Shown here in pieces: positions 1-8,730 of a DNA stretch of 64,000 nt. Source of the DNA: Dehalococcoidia bacterium (GTDB lineage: Bacteria; Chloroflexota; Dehalococcoidia; SM23-28-2; RBG-16-64-32). The notes beneath the pieces are model-generated. The model was not told where the DNA came from. It saw nothing but the letters and a program-made list of their open reading frames with translations, and ran no database searches. The stretch covers positions 1,107,231-1,171,230 of the forward strand of contig CAXXTF010000002.1 of assembly GCA_963665775.2 (NCBI GenBank). Reading direction: 5' to 3'. Positions within the stretch are counted from its first letter, which is position 1; every line of letters begins with the position of its first letter. The position numbers and the translations under genes were made by a program.

Positions 1-825
1 TCTACGTTCACCCGGGAGGAGTACGAGGCGGCGATCCGGCGGGCGCTCGCCTACATCCGGGCGGGCGACATCTACCAAGTGAACCTCTCGCAGCGCTTCC
101 AGGCTCCCTGCGGCGGCAACCCCTTCGATACGTACCTGGCCCTGCGCTCCCAGTCCCCAGCCCCCTTCGGCGCTTACCTCTCGTACCCTGGCTTCGCCGT
201 CCTGTCATCGTCGCCGGAGCGCTTCCTGCGCTATCAGCCGCAAGGCAGCCTGGTGGAGACGCGGCCGATCAAGGGTACACGCCCGCGCGGGGCCGACCCG
301 AGGTCCGATCGTGCCCTAGCCGGAGAGCTCTTGGCCAGCGCCAAGGACCGGGCCGAGAACGTCATGATCGTGGACCTGGAGCGGAACGACCTGGGAAGGG
401 TGGCGGCGGTGGGAAGCGTGGTTGTCACCGGCCTCTGTGAGCTGGAGACGTACGCCACGGTCCATCACCTCACGTCGACCGTGCAGGCCCGCCTGAGTGC
501 GGAACGGGATATCGTCGACCTGCTGCGGGCGACGTTTCCGGGCGGCTCCATCACGGGAGCGCCCAAGATCCGGGCTATGGAGATCATCGACGAGCTGGAA
601 CCGGTGGCCCGCGGCCTCTACACCGGCGCCATCGGCTACGTCGCCTTCGACGGCTCCCTGGACCTGAACGTCGCCATCCGGACGATGGTCGTAAAGGACG
701 GCGTCGCCTCGTTTCATGTGGGCGGCGGCATCGTCGCCGACTCGGACCCGGCGCAGGAGTTCGAGGAGACGCTGCACAAAGGTGCAGCCATGACCCGAGT
801 CCTGGTAGGCGAGGGCGGACCATGA
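1..825 (+). CDS. pabB: aminodeoxychorismate (or anthranilate) synthase component I, C-terminal part; the 5' end lies outside the window
   Basis: Frame 1 is open from nt 1 (STFTREEYEAAIRRALAYIRAGDIYQVNLSQRF) and runs into the listed 79..825 ORF. Chorismate-binding enzyme motifs are present (PGGSITGAPKIRAMEII, RGLYTGAIGY, GGGIVADSDP). The ATGA overlap with a class IV aminotransferase gene favours PabB over TrpE. Confidence 0.8.
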   Translation, partial: STFTREEYEAAIRRALAYIRAGDIYQVNLSQRFQAPCGGNPFDTYLALRSQSPAPFGAYLSYPGFAVLSSSPERFLRYQPQGSLVETRPIKGTRPRGADPRSDRALAGELLASAKDRAENVMIVDLERNDLGRVAAVGSVVVTGLCELETYATVHHLTSTVQARLSAERDIVDLLRATFPGGSITGAPKIRAMEIIDELEPVARGLYTGAIGYVAFDGSLDLNVAIRTMVVKDGVASFHVGGGIVADSDPAQEFEETLHKGAAMTRVLVGEGGP

Positions 826-1673
826 CGTGGGTGTATCTGGACGGCGCCTACCTTCCCGCAAGGGATGCGAAGGTGGCCGCCAGCGACGCCGGGCTCCTCT
901 ACGGCCGCGGCCTGTTCGAGACGTTCCGGGCGCGGCGCGGGGCCGTCTACCGGCTGGAACACCACTTCCAGCGGCTACAGACGGGAGCGCAGGTCCTGGA
1001 GATCACGCTGCCGCTGGCGCTGGCGGAGCTGCGGGTCGCCGTGCGCGATCTCGCTGACCGATGCGGTCTGGAGGACGCCCGTGTGCGGCTGACGCTGACT
1101 GCCGGCCCTTCGACGGGGGTCATGCCAGGCCCCGAGGGCGGGCAGCCCTCGCTCCTCATGCAGGCGCGGGCACCCACAGAGTATCCGCCGGCGCTGTACG
1201 AGCGGGGCATGTCGGCGATTATGGTATCGGTCCGGCGCAACGAGACATCGCCCCTGAGCCGGGTGAAGTCGCTGAACTGTCTGGATAACCTGCTGGCCAG
1301 GGAGGAGGCTCAGCGCGCCGGCGCGACCACGGCCGTCCTGCTGAACACGCGCGGCAGGCTTGCGGAGGGCTGCACGGCCAACCTCTTCCTGATCCGGGAC
1401 GGCGACTTACTGACGCCACCGGTAGAGGACGGCGCCCTGCCGGGCATCACCCGCGGCGCCGTGCTGGAGCTGGCCCGCGCGAACGGGATCAGCGCGCGAG
1501 AGGCCTCGCTGTCCCTGGATGACCTGCGAGAGGCCGAGGAGACGTTCCTCACCGGCGCCGTGATGGGGGTGATGCCCCTGGTGTCGGTGGACGCAGCGAA
1601 GGTGGGCTCCGGCCAGCCAGGGCCACTGACGGGCCGGCTCAGGGCGCTCTACGAGACGGCAGCGAGGGGTTGA
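822..1673 (+). CDS. pabC: aminodeoxychorismate lyase / class IV (branched-chain/D-amino-acid) aminotransferase
   Basis: The 283-aa ORF has class IV fold-type features (LLYGRGLFETFRA, EGCTANLFL, PGITRG). Its start overlaps the pabB stop (ATGA). Confidence 0.7.
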   Translation: MTWVYLDGAYLPARDAKVAASDAGLLYGRGLFETFRARRGAVYRLEHHFQRLQTGAQVLEITLPLALAELRVAVRDLADRCGLEDARVRLTLTAGPSTGVMPGPEGGQPSLLMQARAPTEYPPALYERGMSAIMVSVRRNETSPLSRVKSLNCLDNLLAREEAQRAGATTAVLLNTRGRLAEGCTANLFLIRDGDLLTPPVEDGALPGITRGAVLELARANGISAREASLSLDDLREAEETFLTGAVMGVMPLVSVDAAKVGSGQPGPLTGRLRALYETAARG

Positions 1674-2638
1674 TCGTGCCAGACGAACATACACTCCTGC
1701 CATCCGATCTCGCGAGCCTCCCAAAGGCCGAGGTGCATATTCATCTCGAGGGCGCTGTGCGCCCAGCAACGCTCGAAGAGTTCTGCACCCGCACTGGCCT
1801 GAGTGTTCCCAGATCGTTCACAGACCTGGATAGCTTCGTTCACCTTTATGAAACCGCTTGGCAGGCGATGGCCTCGCCGGGGGACTATGCCCGCCTCGTG
1901 CGCGAGTATTGCCAAGACGCCGCCCGCGCTGGCGTGCGGTACGCCGAACTTGAGTTGACGCCCACCGGCCGGACGTTCGACTGCCTTCAGGAAGCTGTCG
2001 AGGCGGCGGCACGGCAGCGCGACGTGTCTGTTCGATTCATCGTCGAGGTATCACGCCACCTTCCGGTCGACGACGGCTGGGAGATACTGGAGACAGCAAA
2101 GGACACACCGGAGGTCATTGGTGTCGGGCTGGGCGGCCGGGAGGATGGCTTCCCGCCAGATACCTTCCGCGATTTGTTTGCAGAAGCACGTCGTCGCGGC
2201 CTCCATGTCGTGCCCCATGCGGGGGAAGACGCTGGCCCAGAATCGATCCGTGAGGCACTGTCAGCCCTACAGGCAGAGCGTATTCAACACGGCGTTCGGG
2301 CTGTCGACGACCCGGTGCTTGTCACAGAACTCGCCTCACGCCACATCCCGCTGGCGGTCTGTCCCACATCCAACTTGCGGCTCGGCGTAGTGCCCTCGCT
2401 CGACGAGCACCCTCTGCCGCAGCTTTGGGACGCAGGAGCCCTGGTATCCGTCAACACCGATGACCCAGGCTTATTCGGCTGCGATCTGGTCGATGAATAT
2501 GCGATCGCCGGTCGCTTGCTCCATCTCGATCGCCAGGGCTATGCCCAGCTAGCGCTGAACTCAGTCGAGAGCTCCTTTGCGCCAGACACGCTGAAGGCGG
2601 AGATGATAGTCGCCATCGACGACTGGGCAAACCGGTGA
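1670..2638 (+). CDS. add: adenosine deaminase family metallohydrolase
   Basis: LPKAEVHIHLEG metal-binding signature, HAGE, and SVNTDDPGLF near the C-terminus. The TTG at 1670 overlaps the pabC stop. The in-frame GTG at 1676, 6 nt after GAGGGG, is the more likely start. Confidence 0.8.
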   Translation: MIVPDEHTLLPSDLASLPKAEVHIHLEGAVRPATLEEFCTRTGLSVPRSFTDLDSFVHLYETAWQAMASPGDYARLVREYCQDAARAGVRYAELELTPTGRTFDCLQEAVEAAARQRDVSVRFIVEVSRHLPVDDGWEILETAKDTPEVIGVGLGGREDGFPPDTFRDLFAEARRRGLHVVPHAGEDAGPESIREALSALQAERIQHGVRAVDDPVLVTELASRHIPLAVCPTSNLRLGVVPSLDEHPLPQLWDAGALVSVNTDDPGLFGCDLVDEYAIAGRLLHLDRQGYAQLALNSVESSFAPDTLKAEMIVAIDDWANR

Positions 2639-2645
2639 GCCGCTC

Positions 2646-3236
2646 CTATTCCTCACCCGCTCTCGCTCGCCCGAAGTAGCTCAGGGCCAGGCGCACCTTC
2701 TCCTCCACCGGAGCGTCCGGCGGCAGGTCGCTCTTGGCCACGGCCTCCAGCGCCTCGGCCTGGGAGTAGCCGAGGCCGATGAGAGCGGAGACGACCTCGG
2801 ACTCCTCGCCGGGTAGGGCCGTCGGCACCCCTGAGACCAGCTTGTCGCGGAGATCGAGGACGATGCGGCCGGCCAGCTTCTGACCGACGCCCGACGCTCG
2901 GGCCAGGGCAGCGGTGTTGCCGGAGGCGATTGCATAGGAGAGCTCATCGACGGTCATGACAGAGAGTAGAGCCAGGGCGGCCTTGGGACCGACGCCGTTG
3001 ACGCCCACGAGGGCCTGAAAGAGCCGCTGCTCGTCGGCTGAGGAGAAGCCGTAGAGGGTCATGCCGTCCTCGCGGACGACCAGGTGGGTGTGTAGAGTGA
3101 CCTCGGCGCCGCTGCGGGCGTGGGCGAGGGTGCCGCTGGGACCGTAGACGAGGAAGCCGACACCGCCGACATCGACGATAATCCAGTCGGGCCCGCGCTC
3201 GATGACGGCGCCTCTGAGGCGGGCGATGGGGCTCAT
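2646..3236 (-). CDS. ruvA: Holliday junction DNA helicase subunit RuvA
   Basis: The 196-aa ORF reads IARLRG...GVGFLV...FGF.....F..L..V.GVGPK.AL, followed by the helix-hairpin-helix region. It lies directly downstream of ruvC. Confidence 0.9.
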   Translation of the reverse strand: MSPIARLRGAVIERGPDWIIVDVGGVGFLVYGPSGTLAHARSGAEVTLHTHLVVREDGMTLYGFSSADEQRLFQALVGVNGVGPKAALALLSVMTVDELSYAIASGNTAALARASGVGQKLAGRIVLDLRDKLVSGVPTALPGEESEVVSALIGLGYSQAEALEAVAKSDLPPDAPVEEKVRLALSYFGRARAGEE

Positions 3237-3238
3237 GG

Positions 3239-3742
3239 CTACACCTCGACGAGGTTAGCGCGGCGGCGCAGGCAGTGGCAGAGGGCGACGGCCAGGGCGT
3301 CGGCGGCATCGGGCGGCTCGGGCGTCTCCTGGAAGTCGAGGAGGGCTCGCACCATCGCCTGGACCTGCTCCTTGCTGCCGCGGCCGTAGGAGGTGACGAA
3401 CTGCTTCACCTCCAGGGGCTTATACAGGGAGACGGGGAGACCAGCCTCAGCGGCGGCCAGGAGGGCCATCGCGCGTGCCTCGCCAACGGCGACGGCGGCG
3501 CGGACATGGCCGACGATGAAGTCCTCAACCGCCACCTCGTCCGGCTTCCAGGCGCGGATGACGCCGGCAAGCGCCTCGTGTATGCGATGAAGCCGCTGCT
3601 CGCGGGGAAGACGGGCGCTGGTGCTGACGGCGCCGAACTCCAGGGAGCGCTGGGAGCCGCCCTGAGTGAGGACGAGCCCATAGCCGGTGACGGCGAGGCC
3701 GGGGTCGACCCCCAGAACGGTGAGCCCGCGCTGGTCTGACAC
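3239..3742 (-). CDS. ruvC: crossover junction endodeoxyribonuclease RuvC
   Basis: VLGVDPGLAVTGYGLV N-terminus and typical RuvC length (167 aa). It sits in a yebC-ruvC-ruvA arrangement. Confidence 0.9.
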   Translation of the reverse strand: MSDQRGLTVLGVDPGLAVTGYGLVLTQGGSQRSLEFGAVSTSARLPREQRLHRIHEALAGVIRAWKPDEVAVEDFIVGHVRAAVAVGEARAMALLAAAEAGLPVSLYKPLEVKQFVTSYGRGSKEQVQAMVRALLDFQETPEPPDAADALAVALCHCLRRRANLVEV

Positions 3743-3756
3743 GGGCAGCAGGCCCG

Positions 3757-4512
3757 CTAGCGGGCGGCGTACTCCATGAGGACCGCTTCCGGAAAGTCGG
3801 CGTTAGAGTACACCTTCTGGACGTCGTCCAGCTCTTCGATCTGGTCCAGCAGCCTAAGCGCCTGGGCGGCCGCCTGCTCGTCCAAGGTCACCGTGGTCTT
3901 GGCAAGTTGGGAAAGCTCAGCGGAGGTCGCGGCAAGACCAGCCTCCTGGAGCTGGCGGCGCACCTTATCTAGCTCCGTCGGGGGGGTGTACACCTCGACG
4001 AGATCCCCCTCGACGTGAACGTCCTCGGCGCCGGCATCGATGGCCGCGAGAGCGATCTCTTCCGGGTCTGCCTCGTCGGCCACCTCCAGGGCGATCACGC
4101 CTTTGCTCTCGAACTGCCAGGCCACGCTGCCGGACTCGCCCAGATTGCCGCCGCCGCGATTTAGCGTGGTGCGGAGCTCGGAGACGGTGCGGTTTCGGTT
4201 GTCCGTGAAGACCTGGACGAGGATGGCGACACCGCCGGGGCCGTATCCCTCGAAGGTAATCTCCTGGAGAGCGGCGCCCTCGCCCCCACCCACACCACGC
4301 TCGACGGCGCGCTTGATCGTGTCGGCGGGCATATTGCTCTCGCGTCCCTTGTCGATGGCGAGGCGGAGGCGCGGGTTCATGGCGGGGTCGCCACCGCCCT
4401 CACGGGCGGCGACGGAGATCTCGCGGGAGAGCTTGGTGAAGAGCGTGCCGCGCTTGACATCGGAGGCACCCTTCTGCCGCTTGATCTGGGACCAGTGAGA
4501 GTGTCCGCCCAT
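3757..4512 (-). CDS. yebC: YebC/PmpR family DNA-binding transcriptional regulator
   Basis: MGGHSHWSQIKRQKG...KRGTLFTKL signature at the N-terminus, 251 aa. Confidence 0.9.
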   Translation of the reverse strand: MGGHSHWSQIKRQKGASDVKRGTLFTKLSREISVAAREGGGDPAMNPRLRLAIDKGRESNMPADTIKRAVERGVGGGEGAALQEITFEGYGPGGVAILVQVFTDNRNRTVSELRTTLNRGGGNLGESGSVAWQFESKGVIALEVADEADPEEIALAAIDAGAEDVHVEGDLVEVYTPPTELDKVRRQLQEAGLAATSAELSQLAKTTVTLDEQAAAQALRLLDQIEELDDVQKVYSNADFPEAVLMEYAAR

Positions 4513-4676
4513 GGTTTCGCAGGTATCTTACCGCGAGGCGAGAGGGCGGGTCAAAGCGGAAGAGGCGACGCGGGCCGGGACGAGGTGCGCGGTTACACGG
4601 GGCGGTATATCATTGAGCGAGCCGCCCAGCCTCATCGAGGCGCTACACCTAAGCGGTAAGCTGAGGGGTAAGCGAC

Positions 4677-5153
4677 ATGATCACGTTTGACGAGGGCAAG
4701 GCGAGGTTCAACTACCGCGTGGTGGGGATCGCCCTGGATGGCAGCCGGGTGCTGCTGCACAGAGCGGACTGGGAAAGGTTCTGGTATCTGCCGGGAGGTC
4801 GAGGAGAGCTGCTGGAGCCCGCCCGAGAGACGCTAAAGAGGGAGATGCGCGAGGAGCTAGGCGTGGAGATCGAGGTCGGGCGGCTGGTGTGGGTGGCCGA
4901 AAACTTCTTCGAGCATGAAGAGAAGTCCTACCACGAGCTGGGTTTCTACTTCCTGATGACGCTTCCGGACGGCTCAGGTCTCCGCCGGAAGGATGAGTTC
5001 GTGGGGGACGAAGAGGGCGTCAAGCTGATCTTCAAGTGGTTTCCGATCGATGAACTCGAAGGTGTCCCGCTCTATCCCGCGTTCTTGCGAGAGGGGCTCA
5101 GGTCGATCCCTCAAAGCACAGAACACGTGGTGTACACAGATGTCATCAAGTGA
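4677..5153 (+). CDS. NUDIX hydrolase
   Basis: Nudix box GGRGELLEPARETLKREMREELGV (GX5EX7REUXEEXGU pattern). Confidence 0.75.
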   Translation: MITFDEGKARFNYRVVGIALDGSRVLLHRADWERFWYLPGGRGELLEPARETLKREMREELGVEIEVGRLVWVAENFFEHEEKSYHELGFYFLMTLPDGSGLRRKDEFVGDEEGVKLIFKWFPIDELEGVPLYPAFLREGLRSIPQSTEHVVYTDVIK

Positions 5154-5181
5154 CTTCGCTGGCTCGGCCTAAGCTCAAACC

Positions 5182-6024
5182 CTAGTCTGAGGCCAGACTC
5201 ACGTTATCGATAAGCCGGGTGCCACCGATCCGCACCGCCAGCGACACCAGGGCCGTGCGGTCAACAACCGCCAGCTCCGCCAACGAATCGGAGTCGGCCA
5301 CGCTGACGTAGTCGACCTGAGCCAGGGACTCCTGGGCCAGCACCTCGGCCACCGCCCGGCGCAGCCCTTCGGCGTCGCGCTCGCCCGCCCCGAACCGCTC
5401 CTCCGCCCGGCGGAGGGAGCGCCAGAGCACCATGGCCGCCCGTCGCTCCTCGGTCGAGAGGTTGACGTTACGGCTGGACATGGCCAGTCCGTCGGGCTCC
5501 CGCAGCGTGGGGCAGGGCACGATCTCCAGCGGCAGGCCCAGATCGCGGACCATACGGCTGATGACCCGAAGCTGCTGGGCGTCCTTCTGGCCGAAGTAGG
5601 CGCGGTGGGGCCGCACGATGCGGAAGAGCCGGGCGACGACGGTCGTGACGCCGCGGAAGTGGCCGGGGCGTGAGGCCCCCTCCAGACGGTCGACCAGGGG
5701 CCCGCTCACCTCCACCCAGTCCTCGAAGCCGGGCGGATACATCTCTTCGACAGAAGGCATGAAGAGCACGTCCACGCTCTCGCCCTCCAGGAGGCGGAGG
5801 TCACGCTCCGGGTCACGGGGGTAGCGGTCGAAGTCCTCGCCGGGACGAAACTGGGTGGGGTTCACGAAGATGCTGACGATGATCTGGTCGCTCTCGGCCC
5901 GGGCGCGCCGGACAAGGGAGAGGTGACCTTCGTGAAGGTAGCCCATAGTCGGCACCAAGCCAACGCTGCCCGCCATGCGGGCCCGCTGGGCCTCCATCTG
6001 GGCGACGGTCTCAACGACGTTCAT
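5182..6024 (-). CDS. panC: pantoate--beta-alanine ligase
   Basis: VPTMGYLHEGHLSLV (HIGH-like) motif and FVNPTQF; 280 aa; downstream of panB. Confidence 0.9.
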   Translation of the reverse strand: MNVVETVAQMEAQRARMAGSVGLVPTMGYLHEGHLSLVRRARAESDQIIVSIFVNPTQFRPGEDFDRYPRDPERDLRLLEGESVDVLFMPSVEEMYPPGFEDWVEVSGPLVDRLEGASRPGHFRGVTTVVARLFRIVRPHRAYFGQKDAQQLRVISRMVRDLGLPLEIVPCPTLREPDGLAMSSRNVNLSTEERRAAMVLWRSLRRAEERFGAGERDAEGLRRAVAEVLAQESLAQVDYVSVADSDSLAELAVVDRTALVSLAVRIGGTRLIDNVSLASD

Positions 6025-6092
6025 GTTGGGGCGGGAAAACGTATCGCCCCGAGATCGTCGGGGCGATAACGAGAAACACCTCGCTATGCTCG

Positions 6093-6935
6093 CTAGGCCA
6101 GGTGAGGCACCTCAGAGAACACCGACTCTTCCATGATGAAGCTCTCAAGATCGGTGGGGAAGCGACCGTCCTTCACCTCGGAAGTGTACTGGCGGACAGC
6201 GTCGACGACGGAATCGGCGAGGTGAGCGTAGCGCTTGGCGTGCTTGGGCATGAAATCAGCGATCAAGCCCAGCATGTCGTGGAGCACCTGCACCTGGCCG
6301 TCACAGTCGGGCCCGGCGCCGATGCCGATAGTGGGAACGCTGACCCGCTCCGTGATGGCCTTGGCCAGCTGAGTAGGGACGGTCTCCAACACGATGGCGT
6401 AGACGCCCGCCTGTTCCAGGGCAACGGCATCGTTCACGATCTTGACAGCGGCGGCGGGGGTCTTCCCCTGCACCTTGTAGCCGCCGAACTGATTGATGGA
6501 CTGTGGGGTCAGCCCCAGGTGGCCCATAACTGGAATGCCTGCCTCCACCAGACAGCAGACCGCATCGGCGACGCGCCGGCCGCCCTCCAGCTTCACGGAT
6601 TGAGCGCCGCCCTCCTTCAGCATACGGCCGGCGTTGTGCAGAGCCTCCTGCGGACCGGCCTGATAGCTCATGAACGGCATGTCCGCCACCACATGGGCGC
6701 CACGGGTGCCCCGCACGACAGGCTTCACGTGGTGAAGCATCTCGTCCATCGTCACGGGGATGGTGGAGTCGTAGCCGAGCACGACCATGCCGAGGCTATC
6801 GCCGACGAGAATGAGCGGTACGCCGGCCTCCTCCACAAGACGAGCGGAGGGATAGTCGTAAGCGGTCAGCATGACGATCTTCTCGCCACGCTTCTTCATC
6901 GCCTTGAGGTCGGTTACTGATACGCGCCGGTCCAT
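6093..6935 (-). CDS. panB: 3-methyl-2-oxobutanoate hydroxymethyltransferase
   Basis: KIVMLTAYDYPSARL, LVGDSLGMVVLGY and KLEGG motifs; 280 aa. Confidence 0.9.
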   Translation of the reverse strand: MDRRVSVTDLKAMKKRGEKIVMLTAYDYPSARLVEEAGVPLILVGDSLGMVVLGYDSTIPVTMDEMLHHVKPVVRGTRGAHVVADMPFMSYQAGPQEALHNAGRMLKEGGAQSVKLEGGRRVADAVCCLVEAGIPVMGHLGLTPQSINQFGGYKVQGKTPAAAVKIVNDAVALEQAGVYAIVLETVPTQLAKAITERVSVPTIGIGAGPDCDGQVQVLHDMLGLIADFMPKHAKRYAHLADSVVDAVRQYTSEVKDGRFPTDLESFIMEESVFSEVPHLA

Positions 6936-6948
6936 GTGGGATCACCCC

Positions 6949-7323
6949 TTATACAGCTAGGGCCACTTCCTCGGCTACCCGCACGACGCGGTTATCCTTG
7001 TCCACGTAGACGAGCTTCGGCCGGTGGGAGCGGGCTTCCTCTTCCTGGAACTGACCGTAAGTGAGAACGATCACCAGGTCACCGGCATGGACGAGGCGGG
7101 CGGCGGCGCCGTTGAGCACAACCTCTCCGGCCCCGGGTGTCCCCTCTATGGCGTAGGTGGTCAGGCGAGCGCCGTTGTTTATGTCGAGTACGTGCACTTG
7201 CTCGTAGGGGATGATGTCGGCCGCCTCCATGAGGACGGGGTCCAGAGTGATGGAGCCCTCGTAATCGATGTCGGCCCCCGTGACGGTAGCCCTATGTATC
7301 TTGCTCTTGAGCATCGTCCGCAT
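6949..7323 (-). CDS. panD: aspartate 1-decarboxylase
   Basis: MLKSKIHRATVT..DIDYEGSITLD includes the G-S self-cleavage site; 124 aa. It is the first gene of the panD-panB-panC unit. Confidence 0.9.
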   Translation of the reverse strand: MRTMLKSKIHRATVTGADIDYEGSITLDPVLMEAADIIPYEQVHVLDINNGARLTTYAIEGTPGAGEVVLNGAAARLVHAGDLVIVLTYGQFQEEEARSHRPKLVYVDKDNRVVRVAEEVALAV

Positions 7324-7356
7324 CTATCTCACCTCAGTCCCTCAGGCACCTAAAAT

Positions 7357-7382
7357 GCCCTCCCGGTGGCAACCGAGAGGGC
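7357..7382 (-). terminator. intrinsic-terminator-like hairpin in the pan leader (putative expression platform)
   Basis: The minus-strand RNA GCCCUCUCGG-UUGCCA-CCGGGAGGGC forms a 10-bp stem with one G.U pair. It is followed by AUUUUAGG, then the SD GAGGUGAG and the panD AUG. Confidence 0.5.
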
Positions 7383-7404
7383 ACACATGTTTCGCCTCTA
7401 TGTG

Positions 7405-7478
7405 CCGTCTCGGTCGGGTTTCCGATCCAAGCGGGTGCAACTATTCTTCGTGGCTCGCTGCCCACATGGGTCAGCGGC
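7405..7478 (-). promoter_or_regulatory. tandem bulged-adenosine hairpins in the panDBC 5' leader (pan-motif-like cis-regulatory RNA candidate)
   Basis: Hairpin 1 (7478..7453) is GC-C.GCUG-A-CCC[AUGU]GGG-CAGC.G-A-GC. Hairpin 2 (7434..7405) is CCG-CUUGG-A-UCGG[AAAC]CCGA-CCGAG-A-CGG. Both have a 4-nt loop, a 5'-side single-A bulge, exactly 5 bp, then a 3'-side single-A bulge. Both were folded by hand. Confidence 0.5.
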
Positions 7479-7484
7479 AGGCCG

Positions 7485-7514
7485 ATTATAGCAGGCACAT
7501 AGACAGCGGGTCAA
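7485..7514 (-). promoter_or_regulatory. sigma-70-type promoter for the pan operon
   Basis: Minus strand reads TTGACC (7514..7509), an 18-nt spacer, then TATAAT (7490..7485). The predicted TSS falls about at the first base of hairpin 1. Confidence 0.5.
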
Positions 7515-7586
7515 GTACACGAAGACCGAGAACCCAGTTGCCCACACTGAAGAAACTAAAGAAAGAGTCACAGCAAACACACCCCC

Positions 7587-8573
7587 CTAGGACGCTGACT
7601 GCAGCCACTCCCTCGCCGAGGGCACCCCGGCCAGACCTGTCGCCTGCGTCACCCCTCGCACGATGGCCCGCTCGACGGCGCGGGCCGCCAAGGCGCCCAG
7701 CTGCAGGATGTCCGTCTCGGCGTTCGTGCTGCCGGTGGCCAGAGCGAAGATCGTGTCGCCGTCGACAGGGCTATGCGCGGGACGGACGGCGCGGGCGAGG
7801 CCGGTCTGGGCCATGACGGCGAGCCGGTAAGCCTCCTCCTTCGTAAGGGAAGCGTCTGTGGCGACCACGCCGATGGTGCTGTTGGGCTCTCGCGCGAAAG
7901 GGGAGCGAGGCGGCCGCGCCCGCAGCGCCGCCAGGGTGTCGGCGAAGGCACCGGCGGTCTCGCCACGGGGCCCAGCGACGACACGACCGCTGTCGGGCTC
8001 AACCACCTCGCCGAAGCTGTTGACGGCGACGATGGCGCCGACGGTGACACCTGAAGCCGTGCGCTCACAGGCGGTTCCGAGGCCGCCCTTGAGAATCCGC
8101 TCTCGACCGAGGGCCTTGGCCACCGTGGCCCCCGTGCCGGCACCGACGCAACCCTCATCGACAGCGCCATCGCCGGCAGCCCGGCAGGCCGCGTAGCCGC
8201 TGTCGGCGTTCGGCCGTACGTCGGACCGGCCCAGCGACAGATCGATGAGCACAGCGCCCACGACTATCGGTACCACGCCCGCCGAGATGGGGAAGCCGTG
8301 GCCCCGCTCCTCCAGCCAGCGCATGATGCCGGCGGCGGCGTCCAGGCCATAGGCGCTGCCCCCCGTCAGGAGAACGGCGTGCACGCGCTCGACAAGTTGG
8401 CCCGGCCTCAGGAGGTCGGTCTCGCGGGTGCCGGGGGCGCCGCCGCGAACGTCGGCGGAGGCGACTGCGCCCTCCGGACAGAGGACGACAGTGCAGCCGG
8501 TAGCGGCCTCTGAATGGGTCCAATGGCCTACTTGAAGACCGGCTACAGCGGTTATCGCGTCAGGTTTGATCAA
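7587..8573 (-). CDS. peptidase family S58/P1 (DmpA / beta-peptidyl aminopeptidase-like, Ntn hydrolase)
   Basis: The 328-aa ORF carries NSTIGVVATDASLTKEEA and PVDGDTIFALATG motifs typical of DmpA-type aminopeptidases. Confidence 0.75.
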   Translation of the reverse strand: MIKPDAITAVAGLQVGHWTHSEAATGCTVVLCPEGAVASADVRGGAPGTRETDLLRPGQLVERVHAVLLTGGSAYGLDAAAGIMRWLEERGHGFPISAGVVPIVVGAVLIDLSLGRSDVRPNADSGYAACRAAGDGAVDEGCVGAGTGATVAKALGRERILKGGLGTACERTASGVTVGAIVAVNSFGEVVEPDSGRVVAGPRGETAGAFADTLAALRARPPRSPFAREPNSTIGVVATDASLTKEEAYRLAVMAQTGLARAVRPAHSPVDGDTIFALATGSTNAETDILQLGALAARAVERAIVRGVTQATGLAGVPSAREWLQSAS

Positions 8574-8730
8574 GATGATGCATCCGATTGGGCACGCAGC
8601 ACGTCTATAATAAATGATACTCTGAACTAGAGACCAAGCCTGGGGTAACGTATCCGTTGGTCCATTCGTTTATACTCAAGAGTTGGGCAGGCAGTAGCTT
8701 GCGCCGAAATCAGCGTTTATCGGAGGTTAG

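Noticed and set aside
6102-6920. 272-aa ORF opposite panB. Similar shadow ORFs lie opposite fabF (20213..21448), the 5S subunit (30206..31063), korA (32754..33536) and acn (35923..36768).
   Set aside because: All are shadow ORFs of genes with strong family signatures on the other strand.
7398-7580. 60-aa ORF inside the pan leader/promoter region
   Set aside because: It overlaps the promoter and both hairpins, has no SD and has an odd composition. The region is better explained as non-coding leader RNA.
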